A stretch of DNA of 64,000 bases, from NCBI GenBank assembly GCA_033763255.1, contig JANRKX010000046.1, positions 166,471 to 230,470 on the forward strand, in the 5' to 3' direction. Made by a program: the position numbers and the translations under genes. Positions within the stretch are counted from its first letter, which is position 1, and every line of letters starts with the position of its first letter. Source of the DNA: Acidobacteriota bacterium. GTDB taxonomy: Bacteria; Acidobacteriota; Blastocatellia; RBC074. The notes under the pieces were generated by a model. That model saw only the letters and a program-made list of their open reading frames with translations. It ran no database searches and was not told the DNA's origin. Below are positions 29,323 through 38,500 of this stretch, piece by piece.

Positions 29323-29365
29323 GACGCATCTGGTGATTGATGTGTCGGGCTACTTTGCGCCGTAA
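29105..29365 (+). pseudogene. Frameshifted fragment homologous to the C-terminal ~120-aa repeat of the giant protein at 35582-42328
   Basis: IAATAQAIIGNATVVQPANGGFLTFWPSDATRPLVATSNYAAGSIFNRHFTVG, a 1-nt insertion (ggccAtcgg), then GADGAFKMFAQTTTHLVIDVSGYFAP*. This is ~80% identical to repeat 3 of the giant (…IAATAQAVVGNATVVNPSGGGYLTFWPSSATQPLVANSNYLAGQVFNRHFTVGLGADGAFKIFTLATTELVIDVSGYFAP*). Confidence 0.6.
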
Positions 29366-29394
29366 GATCGTTTGTTGAGGGCTACGAACTCAAG

Positions 29395-29440
29395 GTGCAA
29401 AAAAAGCAAAAGGCGCGGTTACGCGCCTTTTGCTTTTTAT
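29395..29440. terminator. Bidirectional rho-independent terminator (aaaagcaaaaggcgcg-gtta-cgcgccttttgctttt flanked by A7 / T5)
   Basis: A perfect 16-bp stem with U-runs on both strands. Confidence 0.6.
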
Positions 29441-29786
29441 AGCGGTTTGCAGTTGGGGGCGACCGATGTTTGGAGTGCGGCGGCTCGACGCCGCTTTTGC
29501 GTTCGGTTGCAAAGCATTGTGGGGAAACTGAGGCGTTTGATTTCGAACGAAAAGCTGCGCCAGGTCACAGCACTCCACAAGGTCGCACGCATCTGAAATT
29601 CGCAATAAGTGCCCATCTTAGAAGCTCCTCAGTAAATTGGTATTCAAGCCAACAAACTCAAAAATTTTCTTGCCTGTGGGAAACTGGCGAACAACCTGCT
29701 TCCGTAAGGTCACATCAGAAGCGGCGCAATGAGGTTGATGAATGAAAAAGCCGCTTAGAGCTTTTTACTAGCAAGAGGAGGAGACA

Positions 29787-30335
29787 ATGAAAATGAAAAA
29801 GATATTTGCAACAGCGTTTTTGGCTTTGATGGTTGGGATGATTGGTGTTTCGCCGGTGGCGGCGAAAACAGTGGACGAAGCTGCCCAGTATGACAAGACG
29901 ATCAAAAAGATTCGCAAAGAACTGGTCACGCTTCCGTTTTACAGCGTGTTTGACAATCTGAGTTTCAAGTTCGAAGACGGCAAGGTCACACTTTTCGGTC
30001 AGGTGTCACGCCCGTCGCTGAGAGGCGATGCCAAGCGTGTGGTGGCAAAGGTCACAGGGGTTGAAGAGGTGGAAAACAAGATAGAAGTGCTGCCTTTGTC
30101 GAACTTCGACGATCGGATTCGGCTGGCGACTTTCCGGGCAATTTATCGCCAGCCGGGTCTTGATCGCTTGAGTCTGCAAGCCGTTCCGCCGATTCACATC
30201 ATCGTCAAAAACGGTAATGTGACTTTGGAAGGCGTTGTGCTGAGCAAGAGTGATGCGACGCGCGCCTTCATCGCGGCCAACGGAGTGTTTGGTGTCTTTT
30301 CCGTCACCAACAATCTCCGAGTGGAAAAGGATTAG
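29787..30335 (+). CDS. BON domain protein (OsmY-like, two BON domains), secreted
   Basis: Signal peptide; two BON-like units (LSFKFEDGKVTLFGQV..; VKNGNVTLEGVV..). Confidence 0.75.
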   Translation: MKMKKIFATAFLALMVGMIGVSPVAAKTVDEAAQYDKTIKKIRKELVTLPFYSVFDNLSFKFEDGKVTLFGQVSRPSLRGDAKRVVAKVTGVEEVENKIEVLPLSNFDDRIRLATFRAIYRQPGLDRLSLQAVPPIHIIVKNGNVTLEGVVLSKSDATRAFIAANGVFGVFSVTNNLRVEKD

Positions 30336-30392
30336 TTTTTCTCCTGTGTTTCGTGTGTAGTGGTTCCTACTTCGTAGTTCCTTCCGAGGGGT

Positions 30393-30427
30393 GAGGTTAA
30401 AAGGGCTGATGAGCAATCATCAGCCCA
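30393..30427 (+). terminator. Rho-independent terminator after BON gene
   Basis: gggctgatga-gcaa-tcatcagccc followed by aattttttt. Confidence 0.6.
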
Positions 30428-30643
30428 ATTTTTTTGCCCGGTCATTACCAGAAAATTGACTGGCGAAATCCTGCCGCGCTAGACTCCGCGCCGTACCACA
30501 CTACCAACCGGCATCAATCGAATTTCAATCAACGACAGCCGCCCAAATCGAGGGCGAAGGTGTAATCGTCAGTTACCTGCTCTGGCGATTAGACTGCTGC
30601 GACAATTCAAAAACATGGCATCTCCCTTAGCCACCCCAGGAGC

Positions 30644-33562
30644 TTGCTTTCAAAACTCAGCTTGGAGGTTCTACTCATGCTCACCGTATTTTTCGGTCAG
30701 GTCATTCGTCTGCGTGTTTTTGGGTTCCTGTCTCTTGCGACAGCCCTGCTGGCCTGGAGCTATGTTGCGTCGTCATCGCGTGCTGCGGTTTCGCCGGATG
30801 TGGTAATCAGTCAGGTGTATGGAGCAGGCGGCAACAGCGGCGCGACCTTTCAAAACGATTTCATTGAATTATTCAATCGCGGCAATACGACAGTGGATTT
30901 GACCGGCTGGGCTGTGCAGTACGCTTCGGCGACGGGAACGACCTGGTCGAAAACCGATCTGAGCGGAATGCTGGCGCCCGGCAAATACTTGCTGGTTCAA
31001 CAAGCGGGCGGAGCCAACGGTTCACCACTGCCGACGCCGGACATTACGGGGACAATTGCGATGGCGGCGACCGCCGGAAAGGTCGTGCTGACCAACACCA
31101 ACACGCTGATTGCCAGCGGCACAAGCTGTCCGGCGGGAGCGACCATCGTGGATATTCTGGGTTACGGCACGACGGCGAATTGTTTTGAAGGTTCCGGGCC
31201 AACTGGAAATTTGAGCGCAACGGCTGCGGCGGTGCGTGCGATGAATGGTTGCACGGAAACCGATAACAACGCTTCGGATTTTTCCGTTTCCGCGCCGAAT
31301 CCTCGCAACAATGCTTTGCCTGCCGCCATCTGCGGAGCGCCGACAAACCCAACCGGATTGGGAGCGGCTAGCCCTAATCCAGTCGTTATCGGCAATGCTG
31401 TTTTGTTGACCGTCACCGTGACGCCGGGAACGAATCCGACAAGTACAGGTTTGACCGTTACCGCCGACATCAGTTCCATCGGCGGAGCCGCGTCGCAACT
31501 GTTTTATGACAATGGCCAAAACGGAGATGTGACGCCGAACGACAACGTGTTTTCGTTTCAGCCGTTGGTCGAGGCGATGACTTCGCCAGGCGCGAAAATG
31601 ATTCCGGTCGTGGTTGCCGACGCGCAATCGCGTAGCAGCAATTTGACGATCAATTTGACCGTGCAGACTCCTGCGCCGCCGGGCAATGTGGTCATCAGTC
31701 AGGTTTACGGCGGAGGCGGTAACAGCGGAGCGCCCTTCACGCACGATTTCATTGAACTATTTAACCGCAGCGCAGCGCCTGTGAATTTGAACGGCTGGTC
31801 TGTGCAATATGGTTCCGGCAGCGGTTCGACTTGGTCGAAAACCGACCTGACGGGAATGCTCGCTCCGGGACAATACTTTTTGATTCAGCAGGCTTCAGGC
31901 GGAGCGAACGGCGTTGCTTTGCCAACGCCGGATGTGATTGGAACGATTTCGATGGCGGCGACTTCCGGCAAAGTCGCGTTGGTCAACAACACTACATTGC
32001 TCAGCGGAACTTGTCCGCTGGGACCAAACACGATTGATTTTGTCGGGTACGGCAGCGGTGTGAATTGTGTGGAAGGCTCTGGAGCGGCTCCGGCTCCCAG
32101 TGGCACAATTTCGATTTTTCGCGTTGGGCAAGGTTGTGGCGACACGAATCAAAACGCGCTGAATTTTGTGACTGGAATGCCTGCGCCGCGAAATACGGCT
32201 TCGCCGCTGGGCGATTGCAGCGGAGGCGCGTTGTTCAATCAAGCAAGCGTGTCGCTGAAAATTACAGACGCGGCGATGTGCAGCGGAGCAGGGAATGTCG
32301 TCACCATCGAAGCCAGTTTGAAAAATGTCGGCAATCGCGCACAAACCGACAATCCCGGCTCGGAATTTGTCGCCTTGCTTCCGGCGAACTTATTGGCGGT
32401 GGCGAACAGTTGCTCGGCGACTTCGGGCAATTGCGCGATCAACGGTTCGCAAATCGAATGGAACGGAGCCGTCGCCATCAACGAAACCATCACGATTCGA
32501 TTTGATGCTCAGATCAAAGACGGCACGGCGCAAGGCAGCCAGCTTTGCGTTAATTCCACAGTCAATTTCGATTCCGACAACGACGGCATCAACAATGCTA
32601 CGGTCAATTCGCAAACGTGTTTGCTGGCCAACTGTCCGGCGGTTGGCCCCGGCTTGGCGATTCCGGCGGCTTCGGAATCCAGCGATCAGAAAGCCGGTTC
32701 GGTGTTGGTTTTCCCGATTTACAGTTCCATAGGAACCAGTCAGACGCGCGAAAACACGCGGTTCAATCTGACCAACATCGAACCCACGCGGCGAATCGCT
32801 GTGCATTTATTTTTTGTTCAGGACGATTCGGCTTCGGTGGCGGATGCTTACGTGTGTTTGACGCCGAACCAAACGACCAGCTTTTTGGCCGCCGATCTCG
32901 ACCCGGATGTTGCCGGATATTTGATCGCCATTGCTGTTGATGAGCGAACCGGCTGCCCGATCAATTTCAACTTTTTGATCGGCGATGAATTCGTAAAACT
33001 CAATTCCGGTCACGCGGCGAATTTGGCGGCGATAGCATTTTCGGCTCTGACCGGAGCGGCTCCGGCTTGCGACAACGTTTCAGTGACGGCGGAAGTGCGG
33101 TTTGACGGCGTCAGTTACAACGCTGCGCCGCGAGTGTTGGCTGTTGACAGCATTGCCAGTGCTGTGGATGGAAATTCGACCTTGCTGGTGGTGGATCGCA
33201 TTGGAGGAAATCTGGGAACGGGTGTCAGCACGGTTGGCCAGCTTTTCGGGATTTTGTACGACGACGCTGAGCACGCTTACAGCTTTGAACGAAGCACAAC
33301 TCGGCGGCAGTTTCGAGCGATTTTATCCAGCAACGATTTTCCGCGAACAGTGCCACGCTTCACCACTGTGATTCCTGCTGGACGAACCGGCTGGATGAAA
33401 TTTTGGCGCGACGACGATGGCGGCATTGTCGGCGCGGCGATCAATTTCAACCCGAATACGCTGGCCAGCAGTTCCGCTTTCAACCAGGGACACAATCTGC
33501 ACCATCTGACTTTGACGACAAACTCGATTTTCATCGTTCCCGTCTTCCCGCCCGGCTGCTAA
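30644..33562 (+). CDS. Large secreted protein: 2x lamin-tail domain (LTD) + DUF11-like conserved-repeat domain + ~290-aa conserved C-terminal domain ending in Cys
   Basis: LTD motifs VVISQVYGAGGNSG..FIELFNRGNTTVDLTGW appear twice. A DUF11-like module follows (VTIEASLKNVGNRAQTDNPGSEFVALLPANL). The C-terminal domain (SDQKAGSVLVFPIYSS ... NQGHNLHHLTLT...VFPPGC*) is shared with the protein at 47170-52758. Confidence 0.75.
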   Translation: MLSKLSLEVLLMLTVFFGQVIRLRVFGFLSLATALLAWSYVASSSRAAVSPDVVISQVYGAGGNSGATFQNDFIELFNRGNTTVDLTGWAVQYASATGTTWSKTDLSGMLAPGKYLLVQQAGGANGSPLPTPDITGTIAMAATAGKVVLTNTNTLIASGTSCPAGATIVDILGYGTTANCFEGSGPTGNLSATAAAVRAMNGCTETDNNASDFSVSAPNPRNNALPAAICGAPTNPTGLGAASPNPVVIGNAVLLTVTVTPGTNPTSTGLTVTADISSIGGAASQLFYDNGQNGDVTPNDNVFSFQPLVEAMTSPGAKMIPVVVADAQSRSSNLTINLTVQTPAPPGNVVISQVYGGGGNSGAPFTHDFIELFNRSAAPVNLNGWSVQYGSGSGSTWSKTDLTGMLAPGQYFLIQQASGGANGVALPTPDVIGTISMAATSGKVALVNNTTLLSGTCPLGPNTIDFVGYGSGVNCVEGSGAAPAPSGTISIFRVGQGCGDTNQNALNFVTGMPAPRNTASPLGDCSGGALFNQASVSLKITDAAMCSGAGNVVTIEASLKNVGNRAQTDNPGSEFVALLPANLLAVANSCSATSGNCAINGSQIEWNGAVAINETITIRFDAQIKDGTAQGSQLCVNSTVNFDSDNDGINNATVNSQTCLLANCPAVGPGLAIPAASESSDQKAGSVLVFPIYSSIGTSQTRENTRFNLTNIEPTRRIAVHLFFVQDDSASVADAYVCLTPNQTTSFLAADLDPDVAGYLIAIAVDERTGCPINFNFLIGDEFVKLNSGHAANLAAIAFSALTGAAPACDNVSVTAEVRFDGVSYNAAPRVLAVDSIASAVDGNSTLLVVDRIGGNLGTGVSTVGQLFGILYDDAEHAYSFERSTTRRQFRAILSSNDFPRTVPRFTTVIPAGRTGWMKFWRDDDGGIVGAAINFNPNTLASSSAFNQGHNLHHLTLTTNSIFIVPVFPPGC

Positions 33563-33565
33563 AAC

Positions 33566-33603
33566 GACGAAAGGGTGAAGGAACGTTCCTTCACCCTTTC
33601 GTC
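33566..33603. terminator. Bidirectional terminator between convergent genes (gacgaaagggtgaagga-acg-ttccttcaccctttcgtc)
   Basis: A perfect 17-bp stem located between two stop codons. Confidence 0.7.
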
Positions 33604-33629
33604 TTATCTCCCAATCCCGGCGTCTTTCG

Positions 33630-34568
33630 TTACGCTTCATCTTCGTTCTTCTGCGTTTGCGTCAGTTGCTGCTGGCGCATTGCGGCTCCGCCGATGAAAC
33701 CGCCCATTCCCATAGATTCAACGGCGGTGCTGGGGACGATCATCATCGCGCCTTTTTCCTTCAAACCTTCGTACAGCATATTCATTGCTCGTAAGTGCAA
33801 AGCCGTCGGGTTGTTCTCGTACGATTTGGCGGCTTCCATGAATTTGTTGGCGATTTCGACTTCGGCTTCGCCCAGAATGATGCGCGCTTTTTTCTCGCGC
33901 GCGGCCTGAGCTTCGCGGGACATCGCATCTTGCAAAGCGTCCGGGATGATGATTTCGCGGATTTCGACTGATTGAACCGTTACGCCCCAGGGATTGGTTC
34001 GGTCGTCAATGATGTGCTGCAATTCTTCTTCGATCTTTTCGCGGCCACGCAGCAAATCGGTCAGCGAAGTTTTTCCGATTACATCGCGCAACGCGGTTTG
34101 AGCCGCCAGGCTGACAGCCAGTTTGTAATCCTGAACTTCCAGCGCGGCGCGTTCGGCGTCGTAAACCATCCAGAACATGATTGCATCCACATTGACTGGA
34201 ACCGTGTCCGAAGTCAGGGTGCTTTCCGCCGCAAAATCCGTGGCGATGATTCGTTGATCCACGTAAGCCGTGACGGAATCCACAAACGGAATAACCCAAA
34301 ACAATCCAGGCCCGCGCAAGCCTATGTATCGCCCCAAACGCAGCACAACCGCGCGTTCCCATTGTTTGGCGATTCTGGGAGCCAGCGAAGCCACCAGACC
34401 CAGCAGAGTACCTGCGATGGCTCCGATTGGATTCAGCGTCAAAACCGTCAAGCCAAGCCCAAGTAAAAATGGAGCAGTGAACATCGCTGCCGACACGATA
34501 TTCGCTCGTGGAGCGTTGACGGCGGGCGTAGCAGGTTTGGTTTTGGTCAACGAGGTGAAATCAGGCAT
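33630..34568 (-). CDS. SPFH/band-7 (stomatin/prohibitin-like) membrane protein
   Basis: N-terminal TM, SPFH core (VVLRLGRY...GPGLFWVIPFVD...), coiled-coil tail. Confidence 0.85.
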   Translation of the reverse strand: MPDFTSLTKTKPATPAVNAPRANIVSAAMFTAPFLLGLGLTVLTLNPIGAIAGTLLGLVASLAPRIAKQWERAVVLRLGRYIGLRGPGLFWVIPFVDSVTAYVDQRIIATDFAAESTLTSDTVPVNVDAIMFWMVYDAERAALEVQDYKLAVSLAAQTALRDVIGKTSLTDLLRGREKIEEELQHIIDDRTNPWGVTVQSVEIREIIIPDALQDAMSREAQAAREKKARIILGEAEVEIANKFMEAAKSYENNPTALHLRAMNMLYEGLKEKGAMMIVPSTAVESMGMGGFIGGAAMRQQQLTQTQKNEDEA

Positions 34569-34586
34569 GTTTGATCTCCTTTGCCG

Positions 34587-35000
34587 TCACCGCCGTTGGG
34601 CGGCAGCGGACTTGTCATCGAGCTTGGTCTCAAGCTCTTCAATAACTTCTTCCAGTGGAATTCCAAGCGAATGCGCTTCGACCAGAATACGATTGCCGAA
34701 TTCCCGCAATTCCCGTTCGCGGTCGCTCCGCATCACGCGCATAGCCGTCACAGTTTGTTCGGCTCGGACAAAAGTTCCGATTCCTCGCCGTGTCTCCAAA
34801 ATCCCTGTGCGTTCCAACTCGGCATACACTTTGGCCACTGTGTTGGCGTTGATCTTCAAATCAACTGCCAACTGCCTAACCGTCGGCAATTGCTCGCCTA
34901 AGCGCAATTTGTTGGTGGCGATGGCAAAGCGAATCGCCCGCTCAAGCTGCGCGTAAATCGGAGTCGGATCGTCAAAATTGATGATAAATCGTTCTTCCAT
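34587..35000 (-). CDS. GntR family transcriptional regulator (short, YhcF-like)
   Basis: PIYAQLERAIRFAIATNKLRLGEQLPTVRQLAVDLKINANTVAKVYAELE (winged HTH). Confidence 0.8.
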   Translation of the reverse strand: MEERFIINFDDPTPIYAQLERAIRFAIATNKLRLGEQLPTVRQLAVDLKINANTVAKVYAELERTGILETRRGIGTFVRAEQTVTAMRVMRSDRERELREFGNRILVEAHSLGIPLEEVIEELETKLDDKSAAAQRR

Positions 35001-35050
35001 TTCTTTTTGGTCTGCCGTCCCGGCGTTACATCCGATTCTCCTTGTTTGTC

Positions 35051-35078
35051 ACATTGTACTACGACGGTGGTACAATGT
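35051..35078. promoter_or_regulatory. Perfect palindrome ACATTGTAC-N10-GTACAATGT, candidate GntR operator
   Basis: 9-bp perfect inverted repeats ~50 bp upstream of the GntR start. They sit at the edge of a 580-bp AT-rich leader before the giant gene. Confidence 0.45.
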
Positions 35079-35581
35079 GGGTTTCAGAAAATTTATGACT
35101 GAAAGCTTGGCATAAGCGATCAAAGTCGGCTGAAGGGGAGAAGTCGGGAGAAATGTAGGAGCAAGTCTTAGTATGGTGTCCTCAAAATTGGGGCACTAAA
35201 TTATTTTTGAGCCTTCCCAAAACAAAGTTGCTGGCATATTATCCGTCCGCATTTGGGAGAGCAGTAACCTCCTTCTTATCCGCGAACAAACTTCGAAAAT
35301 TGAATGCAGTAAGCTGAATGGCACTACTTCACAGGAGCTTTTTAGTTTTGTCCGCTTGATTTGCGCTCAAAATTGAAATGTTTTTTTAGTCTGTTCTGCT
35401 TTTGTTTTCTCAATTCTTCACTGCAATTTCTGACGATGTCATATTCAGGTTTAAGCCTGAAAAAGTTTTTGTGTTCGGTCACACAAAATTTCCGCTCCGC
35501 AGGCAATTGACGCGAGTCTTGTGAACGGCAGGTTCGTGGTCTGTCCGCCCCTTACTTTACCTAGACGAAGGAACAAATCTT

Positions 35582-38500
35582 ATGCACACGGCAAACCGAC
35601 ATCCCAAGTTGAGTCTATCTTTGATCGTTAGGCTCCGTCGCTTGGCGCGCATTGTTATGCCTGGCTTGTTGGTGGCTTTCGGGTTGTTCAGTTTTTCGTT
35701 TATCGAAGCCAGGCGCGGAGATGCCGGCGAAGTAAAATCCGTCGAAGCGTTGTCGTCGGTGAGGAGCGCGCCTGCCGCAACCATCACAGTCAACAGTCTG
35801 GCGGATGGCGCTCCTGCCAATAATGGCCAATGCACGCTGCGTGAAGCCATCATCAACGCGAATTCGAACAATCAATCCGGTTCGACGGATTGCACAGCAG
35901 GAATGGCAGGCGCAGACACCATTGTTTTCAATGTGGGAACTGGGACGCCGACCATCAATGTGACTTCCGCTTTGCCGACGATCACCGAACCCGTAACGAT
36001 TCAGGGAAACACGGGCGGAGCGACTCGCGTGGAGTTAAATGGCGCTGGCGCAGGAGCCAGCGTCAATGGCTTGACGATCAGCGCGGGCAACAGCGTCATC
36101 GAACGGCTGGTTATCAATCGGTTCACGGGCGATGGCATTCAAATTACCGGAGCCGGATTCAATACTGTCAAAGGTTGCATACTCGGTTTGGATTCTTCCG
36201 GGACGATTGTGCGCGCCAACAATGTCGGCGTGGCGATTCGTGGTTCTTCGGACAACATCATTGGAAGCATTGCGTTTGCAGATCGCAATACGATTTCGGG
36301 CAATACGACCGACGGGGTTTTGATCGCATCTGTGTCCGTCCCCAATCCGCCGAACCCGCCAACTGTCATCGCGGCTTCACGCAATAAAGTCATCAACAGT
36401 TATATCGGCTCGGACATTACCGGCAGATTTGATGTCGGTAATACAAGCTTTGGAGTGAATATCGCTGGCGGCGATTCGTCCATCATTGGCGGCGCAACCG
36501 AAGACGAGCGCAATATCATTTCCGGCAACAATGGCGGCGGCGTTCGATTGGGAACCACTTCCGCGACAAATAACCGAGTGATCGGAAATTACATCGGCAC
36601 GGATTTCACTGGGGTTTATCCGCTGGGAAATGGGGTTTCGGGCGGCGGGGGGCTGGCTCCCGGAGTGTTGCTCAATGATGCTGTCAATAACTCGATTGGC
36701 GGCACAGCCGACGGGGAATTCAACTTCATCAAATACAACCTGCAAAATGGTGGAGTCGTTCTTTCCGGTTCTAATACGGTTGGAAACAGCATTCTTCGAA
36801 ATTACATCAGTGAAAATGTCGGGAAGGGAATTGATAAAGGATCGGTTCCCGCTGTGCCCAACGCGCCGGCATCGCCAGGGGTTTCTGTTGGAAGCACTAC
36901 CACCACATTTAGCGGGTCGTATTTGGCCGGAGCGAATCAGACTTACCGGTTTGAATTCTTTTTGAACAACCAATGCGATTCAAGCGGCAGCGGTGAGGGA
37001 GAAACCTATCTTGGCACGACGACTGCCACCACGAATATCATCACAGGGATCGCCAATTACAGCCTGACCTTGAATGATTTCGTCGCACCTGCTGGGACTT
37101 TTGTGACTGCGACTGCGACGCTGGTTGTTGCCGGAACGCCAAGAGCCACATCTGAATTTTCCGGCTGTAGCACTGTGCCCGGCAGCGGGCCGAGCAATTG
37201 CACGCCTGCATTTTTGCCGCCTTCCGCGAATTTCCGCCATCCGGGCGGAACGACTTCCATCAGCGTCAAGCTGGCTGGAGGATGTTCGTGGACAGCCAGC
37301 AGTAATCTGACCTGGGTGACGATCCAATCCGGCGCAAGCGGCACGGGGAACGGCACGGTAGTTATCAATGTTTCGCCCAACACCGGATCCCAACGCATTG
37401 GGCAGATAACCATTGCCGGACAAAATTACGGCGTTACGCAGGAAGGTCCCTGCACTGCTTCACTTGATCCGGCGGTGAGAAATTACACCGCTGCTGGCGG
37501 ACCCGGAGTCGTTGAACTCATCACCGGGGCGGGATGCGCCTGGAGCATCACTAATTCCAACCCATGGATCACAATCAATTCGGCGACCAGCGGCACCGGA
37601 CCGACCTTTGTTGAATTTACGGTTGCTGCCTACACCGGCACATCGCTCCGAATCGGCACGGTTTTGATTGGCGGACAAGCCTTTACGGTGCTTCAAGACC
37701 AGCCCTGCGGTGCGACGATCAGCCCGGATGCACAAATCGCTGCGCCCGGCGGCGGAAATTATTCCTCCAATATCACAATCCCGCCGGGCTGCAATTGGAC
37801 TGCAACCACCACAGAAACCTGGATCAATCTGGGAACGACCGGTGGTACAGGAAGCGGTGTGTTGAATTATTCGGTCGCGGCGAATAACGGCATTCAACGT
37901 GCGGGAATCATCACGGTTGCTGGGAAAACGCTGGCCATTTCTCAGGCGAGCAATTGTCAGCCGACCTTTAGCCCGGAAAATCTGACTGTCGGTTCCGGAG
38001 CGGGAAGCCATTCTTTCAATGTGAACATCGGGCCGGGTTGCAACTGGACGCCAACGACATCCATTTCCTGGATCACCATTACATCGGGTTCGGGCACTGG
38101 TAACGGTACGGTAAATTTCACTGTCACATCGAATCCCGGCATTCAGCGAATCGGCACGATTACTGTTGCGGGGTTGAATTACACGATCATACAAGATGGC
38201 GCTTGCAGTTATTCCTTGTCTGAAACCGTCAAACAGTTTCAAGTGCAAGGCGGAACCGCAACTGTAAACGTCACGGCTCCGAATGGATGCAGTTGGATGT
38301 CGTCAACCAACACTCCCTGGATTGTCATTACTTCGGGTTCGGGCACCGGCAATGGAACGGTCAATTACGTTGTTGCGACCAATGGCAGCGGATCATTGAG
38401 AACCGGAACGATGAACGTCGCCGGAGTGAATTACATCGTTCAGCAGGACGGCGGTTGCACTTACACCGTATCGCCGCTGACGCAAGCGGCTCCGGCTGGC

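Noticed and set aside
28711-29340. 209-aa + strand ORF.
   Set aside because: Only its last ~200 nt is meaningful, as the repeat-domain pseudogene fragment. The upstream part is antisense to the NPP remnant and has no similarity to anything.
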